Part shown: piece after piece, positions 1 through 12,714 of the stretch | How the letters are laid out: the number at the start of each line of letters is the position of its first letter | Numbering within the stretch: the stretch's first letter is position 1 | Source of the DNA: Phaeosaccion multiseriatum | Lineage: Eukaryota; Protista; Ochrophyta, other classes | Length of the DNA stretch: 64,000 nucleotides | NCBI GenBank assembly: GCA_965112735.1 | Contig: OZ218957.1 | Coordinates: 806,001 to 870,000, forward strand | Direction of reading: 5' to 3' | The notes under the pieces: generated by a model | What the model was told of the DNA's origin: nothing | Database searches by the model: none | What the model saw: the letters and a program-made list of their open reading frames with translations, nothing else | Made by a program: the position numbers and the translations under genes

Positions 1-96
1 GAATGCCTCTCTCTTCTCTTGCTTGTACCCTCTAACCAAGGAATGTACCCTCTAACCAAGGAATGCCTCTCTCTTCTCTTTCCCTTTCCTCTGCAG

Positions 97-1161
97 TATC
101 CGGAGCGACGGGACGAGCTCATCGAGATGCTGGGAGTGGACCCGGAGTGGCGCATGCATCAGGGTCAGTCAGGGAAAGGCATATATAGAGGCGTATGGGG
201 AGGTGGGAGAGTGACAGCCGGTCCAGCTCAGATAAATCTACAGCGCTCTCCTTCTCTTCTAATTCACAAATGGCCTTCGCTGTCTGTGTCTCTGCTCTGC
301 TCCTCTCACCTCCACCCCCCCCCCCGGGAACTCTCCTCCATCCCGTTGACTTACGCACCAGTGTCCGACGGTCAACGCCGCCGCGTGCAGCTGCTGCTCG
401 GCCTGGTGCGTCCCTTCGAGATCCTCCTATTGGACGAGATCACCACAAGCCTCGACGTGGTGGTGAGGCAGGACCTGCTGAGGTGGCTGCAGAGGGAGAG
501 CGACGAGAGGGGATCGACCATCGTGTATGTGAGTGGTAGGGGCAGATGGCAGTAGATGCAGAGAGAGGAAAAAAAAACAACAACAAAAAACCATGTACCC
601 CATACACACACAAGTGGTTTGGAAAGGAATGCTATTGCAGTACTGACGCTGCTTCTCTTCTCTACACCCCCCCCCCCCACCCCCCACACACACACGCACA
701 CACGGACCCACGCTCGCGCCACCGAACTATATAGGCTACACACATCTTCGACGGTATGCAAATTGAACATTGGGTTCGCGGACAGGCTTAGACCACAAGT
801 GTATATGCCATCATGGCCCGGCCTCTTGACATAGTCTTACACCCTCTCCCCTCTCCTCCCTGTAGGCCTGGATGACTGGCCGACACACATCACCTACCTC
901 ACCAGCGACGGACAGACGGGCTGGCAGGGAAAACTCGAAGACCTCGAGATTTACCACGACTTCAAGGCCAAGAACCAGCCTGCCCTCCTCAACACAGCCT
1001 GCCATTGGCTGCGGATCGAGACGGAGGCGGCCAAGGCCCTCAAGAAGAAGGAGAAGGCAGAGGGCTTACACAAGGAGGAGGACACGAACCAAGTGCCGTA
1101 CAATAGCGGAGGAGGCTTTGCGCCAGGCAGACTGGCACGACAGATGATCGGCGACGCTTAG
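97..1161 (+). CDS. CAF16: CAF16/ABCI20-like soluble ABC ATPase, 3' part (5' exons lie outside the window)
   Basis: Exons 97-163, 362-528, 735-753 (19-nt microexon), 866-1161 with GT-AG junctions. They give [62 protein letters not shown]...[18 protein letters not shown]...*. The SDGQ signature, Walker B LLLDE and YATHIFDGL H-loop are typical of CAF16. Confidence 0.88.
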
Positions 1162-1770
1162 AGCTCTTACCATTCTCTCGGTAGATGGGATGGATGGTTT
1201 TGTTTTGTTCAGCGATTGAATTTTTTGATTAGAGGATACATCTGTGTTCGACGTGTTGTTAGGCCCCACCTGGGCGATTTCAGTTTCAGTTTATTAGACT
1301 CTCACATACACACACGACTAGCCGCGCCTTGCTTTCTTAAACTCTCTAATCGGTTGTTAGACCTTTACCAATTATCGAACCCCTCGATCCCCTATATCGA
1401 TACATCGGTCCACAGTCTCGACTCCGTGGTCCAAAAACAGAGACAAGTCGAGGCCCTCTTGTGAGGAGCCGAAGCCGCGTGCCTGAAGTCTTACGAAGGA
1501 GCGCCCACCCTCCTTTCCTCCCTCTCTGCCTCCCTCACTCCGTCAAACACAGATTGCCCACCACATTGGCGCCTGTTGGACGCGCGCGTGCGTGAGTGCG
1601 TGGGTGCGTGGGTGCGTGCGTTAGAGGGTGCGTCCGTGACAGCGTGTTTGCATGTTCGTATGAGTGAGTGGGGGAAACAATAGGCCTGCCAGTGGGGCTG
1701 AGGGGGGGAGGGGGGGAAGGAGGGAGGGAGAGAGTGAGGGAGGGAGGGAGGGACGGAGGGGGGGAAGGAA

Positions 1771-2283
1771 GGAGGGAGGGAGGGAGGGAGGGAGGGAGGG
1801 AGGGAGGGAGGGAGGGAGGGAGGGAGGGAGGGAGGGAGGGAGGGAGGGAGGGAGGGAGGGAGGGAGGGAGGGAGGGAGGGAGGGAGGGAGGGAGGGAGGG
1901 AGGGAGGGAGGGAGGGAGGGAGGGAGGGAGGGAGGGAGGGAGGGAGGGAGGGAGGGAGGGAGGGAGGGAGGGAGGGAGGGAGGGAGGGAGGGAGGGAGGG
2001 AGGGAGGGAGGGAGGGAGGGAGGGAGGGAGGGAGGGAGGGAGGGAGGGAGGGAGGGAGGGAGGGAGGGAGGGAGGGAGGGAGGGAGGGAGGGAGGGAGGG
2101 AGGGAGGGAGGGAGGGAGGGAGGGAGGGAGGGAGGGAGGGAGGGAGGGAGGGAGGGAGGGAGGGAGGGAGGGAGGGAGGGAGGGAGGGAGGGAGGGAGGG
2201 AGGGAGGGAGGGAGGGAGGGAGGGAGGGAGGGAGGGAGGGAGGGAGGGAGGGAGGGAGGGAGGGAGGGAGGGAGGGAGGGAGG
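1771..2283. repeat. (GGGA)n microsatellite, ~510 bp
   Basis: Pure tetranucleotide run seen directly. Confidence 0.97.
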
Positions 2284-2340
2284 TGTCGCACCAGCCCCAA
2301 GGGGAAGCACGAGTGGGGAAACTTAGCCAGCGTGAGTAAA

Positions 2341-2565
2341 AGTGAGTGAGTGAGTGAGTGAGTGAGTGAGTGAGTGAGTGAGTGAGTGAGTGAGTGAGTG
2401 AGTGAGTGAGTGAGTGAGTGAGTGAGTGAGTGAGTGAGTGAGTGAGTGAGTGAGTGAGTGAGTGAGTGAGTGAGTGAGTGAGTGAGTGAGTGAGTGAGTG
2501 AGTGAGTGAGTGAGTGAGTGAGTGAGTGAGTGAGTGAGTGAGTGAGTGAGTGAGTGAGTGAGTGA
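2341..2565. repeat. (GAGT)n microsatellite
   Basis: Pure tetranucleotide run seen directly. Confidence 0.97.
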
Positions 2566-2627
2566 GGGAGGGAGGGAGGGAGGGAGGGAGTGAGGGAGTG
2601 AGTGAGTGAGTGAGGGAGTGACCTCTT

Positions 2628-2672
2628 ACTTATTGAGGTCCACTTATTGAGGTCCACTTATTGAGGTCCACT
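2628..2672. repeat. 3 x 14-bp tandem repeat ACTTATTGAGGTCC
   Basis: Units start at 2628, 2642 and 2656. Confidence 0.9.
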
Positions 2673-3296
2673 CCCTTCTTTTCCTCTCTGTCTCACTCAC
2701 TCACACTCCCACGCACTGGCGTCCAAAAGCACCTCAGCAGCATGTTGTTCATGTCTTTAACGTATTCGGCCCTGGACAGGATGACAGCGGTCGCCCGCCA
2801 TACGCTGATAGCTGACATCGAAATGTGTGTGTGTTGCTGTGTGTGTGTGTGTGCAGCACGGGGCACCCAGCACACCACTAATGATAATAATAATGTAGGC
2901 CGCTTGTCTCTCTCCATATGACTCCACTCTGTTAGACTGCCATGCCACGCACCCACATGCTCTCGAATACGAACCAAACAGTTTTATCCCATTCCAACGC
3001 ATCCTGCAGCCCACATCATCCCTCCCCCTCTCCCACACTCCCACACTCCCACACCTCTCATCCACTGCCATCCATCCATCTGTCCATCCATTCTCCCTCT
3101 CTCCCCCCTTTCGGACCGATGGCACCAGATGGATTGGATTACGAAAGAAAAAGATGGAAGAAAAAGGGAGAGAAGGCATAGCCAACGCGGTCCTTCTCGA
3201 AGCTCGTTGCCGTTTAGACTGACTGATTGATTGATTGATTGATTGACTGACTGACTGATTGATTGATTGATTGATTGATTGATTTAATTTACCTAA

Positions 3297-4163
3297 TTAA
3301 ACATTGAGGTTCACCGACAAACCGAGGTTTCCCGGTCCAACACCGTGCGTGAAACCGTTGGCCCCGAGGAGCGGTGCGTAGTCATCCGGTACACACGTCA
3401 TCTGCACGTTCGCCCTCCCCTGCTGGTAGGAGCCCGACAAGTTAATGTTGGTGTCCGGAATACGGTACGCCGCCCCAAAGTTCCAGGGGGTGCTGCCCCC
3501 GTAGAGCTGCTGCTGCATTGCCTGGAGTTGCTGCTGTTGGATCTGGAGGAACTGCATGGCTGTGCTTTGCTGCTGAGAAGCCTTGAGCTGGACGTCTGTT
3601 GCCTTCTTGTTCCTCTGCGCAAGCTCGTTCATCATATCCTGCGGTTTCGGCGGTTTCGGCAGGTGGTGGTAATCGTATGGTGTGGCAACGGTTTAAGATG
3701 ACAATGGCGTTAACGTGACGTCACGTTGGCATAAGACCGTAATGGAACGCCACATCAGCACCACAACATATACTTGCGCTCCTTCTCCTCTCCTTCGTGC
3801 ACCGCGGGCCAGTAAAGCGGAAAGCCCATATGCCTGCTACGCCAATGCACCCCTCCCTGTACCCCCAACACGCGTACCTGCAGACTGGCCCGCTCTTGCG
3901 CGAACTCCCAGGGGGAACCTGCCCTTGTGGCTGCCTCCGCCTCCTTCACTAAATACTGATCGGAAGCAACCATTGCCTGTGTCAGGGGCAGGGAGGGAGG
4001 AGGGAAGGAGGGAGGGAGGGAGGGACGGAGGGAGGGAGAGAGGGAGGGTGAGTGGGAGGAAGGGAGGGAGGGTGGGTGGGTGGGAGGAAGGGAGGGTGGG
4101 TGGGTCGGTGGGTGAGGGCTTAGCGAAAGCTCCAATGGGAGGACTAGAACGAAAGGTTACTCT

Positions 4164-4195
<32 letters not shown>

Positions 4196-5625
4196 CTTTG
4201 GGTTCGCATCGTCTTGTTATCATCAACTGAAACTTCAGTTGTCTATTTCTTCCTTGACATAGCTTTGCTTCCTTCCTTGCCTGCCCCTCCCTCACCTGAT
4301 AGTCGGACTGCTCGGATCCTTTGGAGGCCCTCTTGTATCGCTGCAGGGCCTTCTCCTTGATGACCGCAAGCTGTTTCACGTACAGCAGCTGCAGGGGGGC
4401 GTCTAAACTCTTCTCCAGCTCCTCCACCTGGAGAGGGAGAGAGAGAAGAGAGGGCCGAGAGAGAGAGAGAGAGAGAGAAGGGGGGCGGGGGAAGAGGGAG
4501 GGAGAGAGAGAAGAGAAAGAGAAGAGAGGAAGAGTGTGGTTAGGTGCCGATTCTGAACACGTCCGCCTCGATGGGCAGAGCGCGGGATACGACACGGGGT
4601 GTGTGGAGCGGGGCGCGCCCAGCAACGGGTCTCATGCACGCTCATCCATCCATCCATCCATCCATCCATCCATCCATCCAAAGACGCTCTTCTTCCAAAT
4701 TATTTCCCTCTCGTCTCGCCTCGCGCTGGGGTCGAGCAGGGCTATCCCACTCTCTTCTGTTCGCCCTTGCGCCCTTCTGCCCCTCAGCCCCTCAGACAAC
4801 CCTAGCGGGGATGGCTTAAGGTGCTAAGTATGCACACAAACGCCCATCCCCGCTAGGGTTGTCTAACTGGCCCTGCTCGACAAAGGGCTTTGCCGTTGCC
4901 TCTCTTGCCGAGGCTGCAGCTCGTAGCCTGGTTGACCGGCCGGGGAGCATTCCCAGCAGCGACACAGCTGCAACCCAACATGCCTCAGAGAAGGGTGCAG
5001 CGTGCCACGCACCTTCTCATCGAAGATAGCCTCCTGGCTCTCCTTATCCTCCTCGTCCACGTCGGGAGCCCCCTCGCTAAAGGCCTCCAATGCACCTGTA
5101 CAGATCTCGTCCGCTCTGGCCCCGAAGCCGGGGATGATCTCTCCCTTCACGACCGTCTGGCCCAACTCGTCAATCTCGGCCATTGCTCTCTTGATTGCTT
5201 TGCAGTAGACCTGTGCGGGCGGCGAGAGCCAGGGGGGAGAAGGCAGAGAAACGGCGGGAGAACAATAGGGGGGGGGGGAGGGATTAGCGTAGTTTGATCC
5301 TGACGAGTGCCAAGTGCTGACAAGATAAGTAGGGGCAAGTGGGGTGAGCCACATTTTGTTCAATCTGCTGGTAGCGGTTGGGAAAGGGGGGCTGCTACTG
5401 GATTGAAAGCCCCGAGAGAATTAAGGGGGCTAGCTTATGAAAGGCATGGTATGCGCGTATGAATGACAAAACAGTGGAGGCAGGGCCCAAGCAAGGAAGC
5501 CAAGCAAAACAGGTGTTGCATCCGCCGCTTACCCCATGGCATTTAAGTGCATATGCATCGTTTGCAACCACGCTCCATGCTGCCAAGCTGAGCTGCAGCA
5601 ACAGCAGGAGCGTCCGTGGCACCAT
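3297..5625 (-). CDS. PPP1: Peripheral/periplastid protein PPP1-like (signal peptide, helical body, conserved C-terminal domain), ~287 aa
   Basis: Exons 5625-5533, 5210-5013, 4427-4296, 3976-3878, 3638-3297, all phase-0 GT-AG. The N-terminus MVPRTLLLLLQLSLAAWSVVA is a signal peptide. The C-terminus QQQQLQAMQQQLYGGSTPWNFGAAYRIPDTNINLSGSYQQGRANVQMTCVPDD...GFTHGVGPGNLGLSVNLNV matches my recollection of apicomplexan/diatom PPP1. The gene structure is firm; the family name is from memory. Confidence 0.7.
4794..4864. repeat. Perfect 21-bp inverted repeat with 29-nt spacer, in a PPP1 intron
   Basis: AGACAACCCTAGCGGGGATGG (4794-4814) is the reverse complement of CCATCCCCGCTAGGGTTGTCT (4844-4864). Confidence 0.9.
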
Positions 5626-5803
5626 CGCGGGTTTTATCAGTGCTTGAGCAAGGAAGGGAGGACCCAAGCGAGAACTGGCGGCTCTGTGAAGGAATGAGGG
5701 CCCCCGGGGGAAATTTCAGGTGCACGTGTTGGTTCTCCGGTCCTCCTTTCTTTTTTGTTGTTCACATGTTCACATAGCTGGCTTGGGCTTGAGCGGAGGA
5801 GGG

Positions 5804-6099
5804 AGCGAGATGAAGTTAGGTTGCGGCGCCTACTTACTGGGGAGGTGTTCGGGGCTCATCAGCATTTCGCTCAAGGGTCAAGCAATGTGATGGTGCGTGC
5901 TGCAGAAATCCTCCCTCTCCTCCCCTGTCGCAGCCAGTGCCTCATCCCGATCGAAGCAGTCATTTAAGGTGCCAACCGGAGGACCCCTCTGCAGCACGCA
6001 CCATCACATTGTTTGGCCCTTCAGCGAAATGGCGAAATGCTGATGAACCCCGAACACCTCCCCAGTTAAGTAGGCGCCGCAACCTAACTTCATCTCGCT
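5804..6099. repeat. Long imperfect inverted repeat (foldback), ~103-112 bp arms, ~80-nt loop
   Basis: 5804-5906 (AGCGAGATGAAGTTAGGTTGCGGCGCCTACTT...GTGCGTGCTGCAGA) pairs with 5988-6099 (TCTGCAGCACGCAC...AAGTAGGCGCCGCAACCTAACTTCATCTCGCT). Confidence 0.9.
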
Positions 6100-6449
6100 G
6101 TCTCCGGCTTCGCTCCGCCGGCGGCTCAATTCTCTCCTCTACCCCTTTGTTGCTTGCTTGCTCACACCACAAGCGACGAATCAACAGTAGCTGGGGCTGA
6201 CCTGAGGTCGGCCGGGGGAGCAGCCGACAGTGTATTGTACGACAACTGACCAAGGCTGAAGACAGCTCTCGGAGATGAATGTGAGTAGCACCTGTATGTT
6301 ATCCACCTCACCATATTCCGTCCTAACCTACTGCTGTCCCTCTCCTACCCGCCCGCCCGCCCCTCCCCCCGCCCCCTCTCTCCTTGTTCCCGCCATCGCC
6401 AACAAATTCCATTTGTCTTTTTCTTCTCCCTTTCCGGGCCGGCGGTCGA

Positions 6450-6693
6450 TCAGCCCCAGGCGAGGGTTTCTCTGGCTTCTGGCTCCTGGGCCGTAGCCCC
6501 CTCCTGGCTTCGGGCTTCTGGCCGCAGGCCAGACGGTCTGGCTTCTGGGCGGCAAAAACAAACAAACTGGGAGGGGTCGGGGGCCTCGCTACTTTCCTGC
6601 TTCATCTTGCTGGCTTCTGAAGCCGCAGGCCCAGCCTCAGGCTTCTGCTTATCGGGGGCCAGAGAATCGAAGAGAAACCTCGCCTGGGGCCGA
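6450..6693. mobile_element. ~245-bp MITE, copy 1
   Basis: TIRs TCAGCCCCAGGCGAGGGTTTCTC / GAGAAACCTCGCCTGGGGCCGA. A 7-bp direct repeat CGGTCGA lies at 6443-6449 and 6694-6700 (TSD). Internal CTGGCTTCT subrepeats. A second copy is at 15832. Confidence 0.8.
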
Positions 6694-7501
6694 CGGTCGA
6701 CGGTAGAAAAATGCGCCTACCTCCTTTCCAGAGGAGGACCTCGGAGATCATACGGATACATGCCTAATACGAATGGCGGCTCCTTGCGGCTGCGGACTAT
6801 TAATTAATTAATGTAATTAACAATTAACTCTCGAAAGATACAATATATGGGAAGAGTGAGTTGCTGTCCTTCACAACACGGCGACCACATAGAGCGTCAG
6901 AGCGCGGAGAGAGAGCGGATGGATGTATGGGGCAGAGCAGATTGGTCCATGTACAGCGTAGGGTCGGTCGAAGGACGGGATGTTACTGTACCCTACAATC
7001 CATCCACTGCCATCCACCCATTCTATCTACCCATCCATCCAGCCATCCATCCATCCACTCTCCTCCTCTTCGCCACCTTTGCCCTTTTCGGGGCGCTAGA
7101 TGCGTGGGGATGGCAGTGGAAGCGCAGACACACACAGAGGCTGCGTTCCATCGCTCTGCATTCCTGTCTGCCGGTGGTGGTGGACAGCGCTTGTGTGGTA
7201 CCCGCTGCATGACTACTGAGTAAGCAGAATGCCGAGGTTTCACCCCTCAACTCTCCCTGTCCAGTAGCCCCCTCACCCCACCGCACACTTTGCACAATCT
7301 GACCCACACTCCCACACTGATCCTTTGCGTCCGTCCGTCCGTGCGCTCGTTATCAAGTAAGATAAGGAGGTGTACCGTGTACCGCCGCTGCTTCCACCGC
7401 TCGCCTCCTGCTCATTCACAACTGGCCGAGTCTCTCTCTCTCTCTCTTTTATCTGTCTGTCCCCCAATGAACAAAGCAAGAAGCAATGCAAATCTCCACA
7501 C

Positions 7502-7650
7502 TCATGAGAACGTCTTCTTGGTCATGATAGCGTAAAACTCATCAGCGTTGATTTCCCCGTCCTGGTCGTTGTCAGCTCGCTCGATCATCTCTAGTAACTC
7601 GGCGTCTGGAAGCGGAAACAGACGGGACGGAACACGGGAACACAGACGAG

Positions 7651-7704
<54 letters not shown>

Positions 7705-8282
7705 GGGTGTGGGGGCTTTTTGAGGTGACGACATGACGACATGTAACGTCCGGGAGAGTCCACCAGGGATGCGAGAGGGCAGAGAAACGACATGTCCCTC
7801 ACCCAGTCCATCGCACACCATGTGAGTAGCAGGACCCAACAGCCCTGCCCCTTTCCCCACATCCATCCACCCACCCCCCCTCCATCCCTCCCTCTCTCCC
7901 TTCCCTCCCTCCCTCCCCCCTTCCCCCCCTCCCTTCCTTCCTTCCTTCCCTTCCTTCCCTCCCTCCCTCCCTCCCTCCCTCCCTCCCTCCCTCCCTCCCC
8001 TACCTACTGCACGCACCTGACATGGTCTCTCCCAGCTCCTTGGCCACCCGCTTGAGATTCCTCAGAGTGATATGGCCTGTCTGGTCGTCGTCAAAGAGGT
8101 TAAACACCTTGCAAATGTCCTCCCTGGTGTCCTTGTCGCTCATCTTGGCCGTCATCATGTCCAGGAACTCTTCGAAGTCGATGCTGCCTGACCCGTCCTT
8201 GTCGATGTCGGAGATCATCTGCGTGGGTGTATGTGTGTGTGTGAGAGAGAGAGAAGGAGTGTTGTGATTATTTTTGTGGGGT

Positions 8283-8313
<31 letters not shown>

Positions 8314-9227
8314 GGGGGGGGGTTTACGTGTGAGCGTCAGTGGGTGGGTGGATGTTTGCGTGTGTGTGCGTGTACGTGCATTTCAGCCCAGCAGGCAGGC
8401 AGATAGGCAGGCAGGCAAGGAAGGAAGGAAGGAAGATACAAACAGGAAAGGTTGGAGCTGTAAAAGACCGGGACAACTGCAAAGACAGGAACGCCAAGAC
8501 CGATTACAGTACATGCTTGCCGTACGTGTGGTACCAGAGGATTGTGCATGAATAAGCAGGGCGGGAGGTCACAGTCCATCACACCCTCTCGTTCAGATCT
8601 CTCTCTCTCGATCTCTCTCTCTCTCTCTCTCTTTCTCTCCGTTGGGAGTTCCCTCGCGCCCCAAGACAGGCCTCTCGGTACCTGATAGATAGTTTGGTTC
8701 TTCGCCTCGAATCCCAGAGATTGCATGGCCGCTTTCAGCTCCTTTGGGTCGATAGTCCCACTCCCATCGGTGTCGAAGAGGTTGAACGCTTCTCTAATCT
8801 CCTCAATCTCTTCCTCGGACAGCCCCGGGCGCTCGTACGTCTTCGCCGCCCGCTTCGTGGGTCCTCTCCGGCTCTGCTGGGTTCGCAAGAACAAGAGAGT
8901 GTATAGTTGGAGCAGTTGTTGTAGGTATAGCAGCATCACAGCATGTAGCGCAGCGAGTCAATGTATTGCACGTCGAGCACACGAAGGGAGAGGGTGGTGC
9001 ATGGAGGAGGGGCGAAGTAGCAGACGTTTCAGACGAAGAAGTAAGCAAAGGGAGCAACGAAGGAGAGGAGGGATGAGGGAGACCTATGCAGCGGGGGTAG
9101 TGGGGGGGGCAAGGTGGAGGTTGCCATCTTCTCCCGTTGCTTCGTTGAGCACCCTGGCTCCTGCTGCTACTTTGGAGCAAGCCTCTGCTTCGGAGCAAGC
9201 TGAGGGGCCTTCCACGTGACGTACCAT
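7502..9227 (-). CDS. CETN: Centrin (caltractin), CEN2/ICL-type, 166 aa
   Basis: Exons ATG 9227-9225, 8873-8682, 8218-8017, 7605-7502. MSRRGPTK...[43 protein letters not shown]...[12 protein letters not shown], with four EF-hand positions. Confidence 0.95.
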
Positions 9228-9556
9228 TGTGTTAAGGACGGATGTATTGGCCTTAATGTCCTCCGTCCCTCTCGCTCTTGCTGCTCTCGGTGTGAAAATC
9301 AAGCACCAGTTACAAGCCGGCGTCCCCAGGGGGGTTTGCCTCTTGTTTTTGAAATCCCTCGCTCTTCCCCTCTTCACCTCCTCTTCTCTCTCCTCTCTTA
9401 CAGGGGTTGCTGCTTATCAGGCCAGTGATTCTCAGTGAAGGGGTTAGGAGGGTGCACTCGTTCAGATGAGTGCCTTCCCGGCAGTGACGATGAAGGAAAA
9501 ATGATTTGATCACTCGGATAAAAGAGAGAGAGGGGGTTGATCATCCTGAGAGAGGG

Positions 9557-12500
9557 ATGCCGCTGCCAGCTCGAGCTTCGGTTGGAGCTGAGGCCACTCC
9601 TGTCGCTGGCGAGGATCAGGAGGCGTTGCTCATTGGTCCCAACGCCAGAGCCTCTGACGCTCTCACGCTGGAGCTTACCCTCTCCCTGCAAGGGCTGCAG
9701 TTGGAGTCCGCCATTGTCGAGCAGCAGCAGAAGGCCCCATTATGGCTCAGTTATTCGTTCTTGGGCGTCATTGTGCAGACAGACCAGTTCACACAAGTAG
9801 CGGCGCCACCACCAGCAGCAGGAGCAGCAGCAGCGGGGGACGGTAGTGCTTCTGCTGACCAGGACCAGGACCAGGACCAGAAGGAGTCCTCCTTCACCCC
9901 GATCCGCGACACATACCGCCTTAAAGCCACAGTGGAGGATGTGACGCGCTTTCTCTCCGAGGCCTCCGTGCTGCACGTTCTCCTCTGCACCGACAAGAAG
10001 GTGCTGGCCAGCGCCGCCATTGACTTGCGCCAGCTGCTGCCCCAGCCACCTTCTCTGGCCACTGTAGCGGCTGCAGCAGGGGCTTCGGCGTCGGCAACGG
10101 CCCAGCTGGTGGCAGGGACGAGCTTCGATGGTCAGTTTCCCCTAGAAGAGATATCCTCCGAGGAGGGAGGAGGGGCGGCGGTGGGAGGCGGGGGGATACT
10201 GCCGGCTGGTAGGGTTTGGGTAGGGGCAGAGCTTCGGGCGACCGAGACAGCGTCGACTTCTCCTAGTCCGCCCCGTTCTGATACTGGCGCGCAACAACAG
10301 CAACAGCAACAGCAGCAGCAGCAGCAGCAGCGGCGTGCGTTTACGCTCGCGCCCGGATCACCACCTCCGCCACCGCCACAGCAGTTGGTGATACAGCAGC
10401 AGCAGTCCCCTACGGAAAGGAGGGCCTACCGCCTCTCGGTGGAGCTCTCCGCCATCAAGGACTTGGACAAGGCGGACTACGTCGTCGCCAAGTACAGCTA
10501 CACACACTTGGGTACCTCTGCCCCTGTCCGAACCGCCGTGGCGTGGGTGCCTCCACACGCACGGGTTGGCTTGGGCAACTCGGTGTGCACCTTTGAGTTC
10601 GGGGCGTCGCCAGAGCAGCTGCAGGATATTGTACACGCGCACCCCCTCGTAGTCTCTCTGTGTGCCAAGTCGCAGCACGCCGAGACTGAGATCGGGGTGG
10701 TGCAGCTCCCTCTTCAGGAACTGGTGGACTCTGCCATCTCCGGCTCCAGCGAGGGTATGGGGGGAGGGGGGGGGAGGTACTACCGCTGCCCGGAGACGTC
10801 GCACAACTTCAAGACCCGTGAGAAGTGCGATGCCTTTCAACGAGGGAGGAGGCGCAGGAGCGGTGGTGGTGGTGGTGGTGGTGGTGGTGGTGGGGACAGC
10901 GACGGCGAGGGGGGAGGGGGGGGGGCAGCAACACGAGCGCCGGTGTGTCCAGTCGAGGTGACCATTATGGATGACGACTTGGCTGTCATTCGCGCCGGAC
11001 CCGAGGAAGGGGAAGAACTCTTTGCAACGGCGGAGGAGAAGCAGAGGGATAGGCGGAGGCGAAGAGGGGAAGAGGAGGGACGGCAGGGCAGGGGCGGTGA
11101 AGGGGAGGGCGTGGTGAGCGGCAAGGCTAAGGCTCCTCCTCCTCGGCAGCTTTGTTCTCTCCATGTGATTATGATTTTGGAGGACCTCGGCCCTACTGAA
11201 AGAGGAGGGGAGGACACAGCAGCAGCAGCAGCAGCAGCAGGTGCTGAAAACCGCGCCACCCTTGCGCCAAATGGAGCAGCTGTGGGTCACGGCCACGGGG
11301 GAAACGTTGCCTCTGCTGCTACTGCTGCTGTTGCTGCTGGTGGTGCTGCTGCTGCGGGGCTGTCTCCCGTGTCTCCGAGCGTTTGGGAGGAATGGCGCCG
11401 CCGAGAGGAGGCGTCATGGGGAGACAAGTTGAGGGAGAAGGATGCTGCCCTGGAGGCCAAGTGGATAGCTAACGAGGCCGTCCGAAGCAGAGCGGTGGCG
11501 GCTCTACAGGCCGACTACGGTAAGCTTGAGGCAAAGCTTCGCAAGGCGCTGAGTGAGGTGGAAACGCGTGAACGGGCTTTGGCGGGCCGAGAGGCGGAGT
11601 TGCGCACCGATCACGCCACCAAGCTGGGGGAGTTGCAGCTGTTGCAGAGGCGTCTCAAGGAGGAGAGTAAGCACAGCGTGCAAATTGAGAAGCTCCAGCG
11701 CGAGGCTGCGGAGAGGCAGCTGCACGCCACACGCCTGCTCTTGACCAAGGCCGAGGGGAGGGCGCGGGCCGCTGAGGACGAGTTTGACAAATATAGAGCC
11801 ACGCAGAGGAAGACGTCGGAAGGGGCGCTGCGGCAGGTGCGTGCGTGTGGGTGCGTGCGTGTGGGTGCGTGCGTGTGGGTGCGTGCGTGTGGGTGCGTGC
11901 GTGTGGGTGCGTGCGTGTGGGTGCGTGCGTGTGGGTGCGTGCGTGTGGGTGCGTGCGTGTGGGTGCGTGCGTGTTGGGGGGTGGGGGCATGGGGGTGGGA
12001 GCCGGGGGGGCATGCGGCAGAAGTCAGCGGGGGGGAGAGAATACGACTGCCACGCACATCTGTCTCTGCCTGTCTTCCTCTGGTGAGCTCCGCGGGTGCC
12101 CTCCCCTGCATTGTGTGTAGTGTATGTGTGTATGCGTGTGTGTCTGTGTGTCTGTCTGGCTTTGTGTGTGTTTGTGTATGCGTGTGTGCGTCTATATTTA
12201 CGGTGCATGCCTCATCTATCCATCCATCCATCTATCCATCCATCCATCTATCCATCCATCCATCTATCCATCCATCCACCTATCTATCCGTCCATCTATC
12301 CATCCATCCACCCATCTATCCACCCATCTATCCACCCATCTATCCATCCATCCACCCATCTATCCATCCATCCGTCCATCCATCCATCCATCCATCCATC
12401 CATTTATCCATCCATCCATCCATCCGTCCATCCATCCGTCCATCCATCCATCCATCCATCCATCCATCCATCCATCGTCTATCCATCCATCCATCCATCT

Positions 12501-12678
12501 ATCCATCTATCCATCCATCTATCCGTCCATCCATCCATCCATCTATCCATCCCTCCATCCATCCATCCATCCATCCATCCATCTATCTATCTATCCATCC
12601 ACCCATCCATCCATCCATCCATCCATCCATCTATCCATCCACCCATCCATCCATCCATCCACCCATCCATCTATCCAC

Positions 12679-12714
<36 letters not shown>

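Noticed and set aside
1491-2657. Long ORFs such as (PPSL)n, (GGRE)n and (THSL)n
   Set aside because: Translations of (GGGA)n and (GAGT)n microsatellites that lack stop codons; no coding signal.
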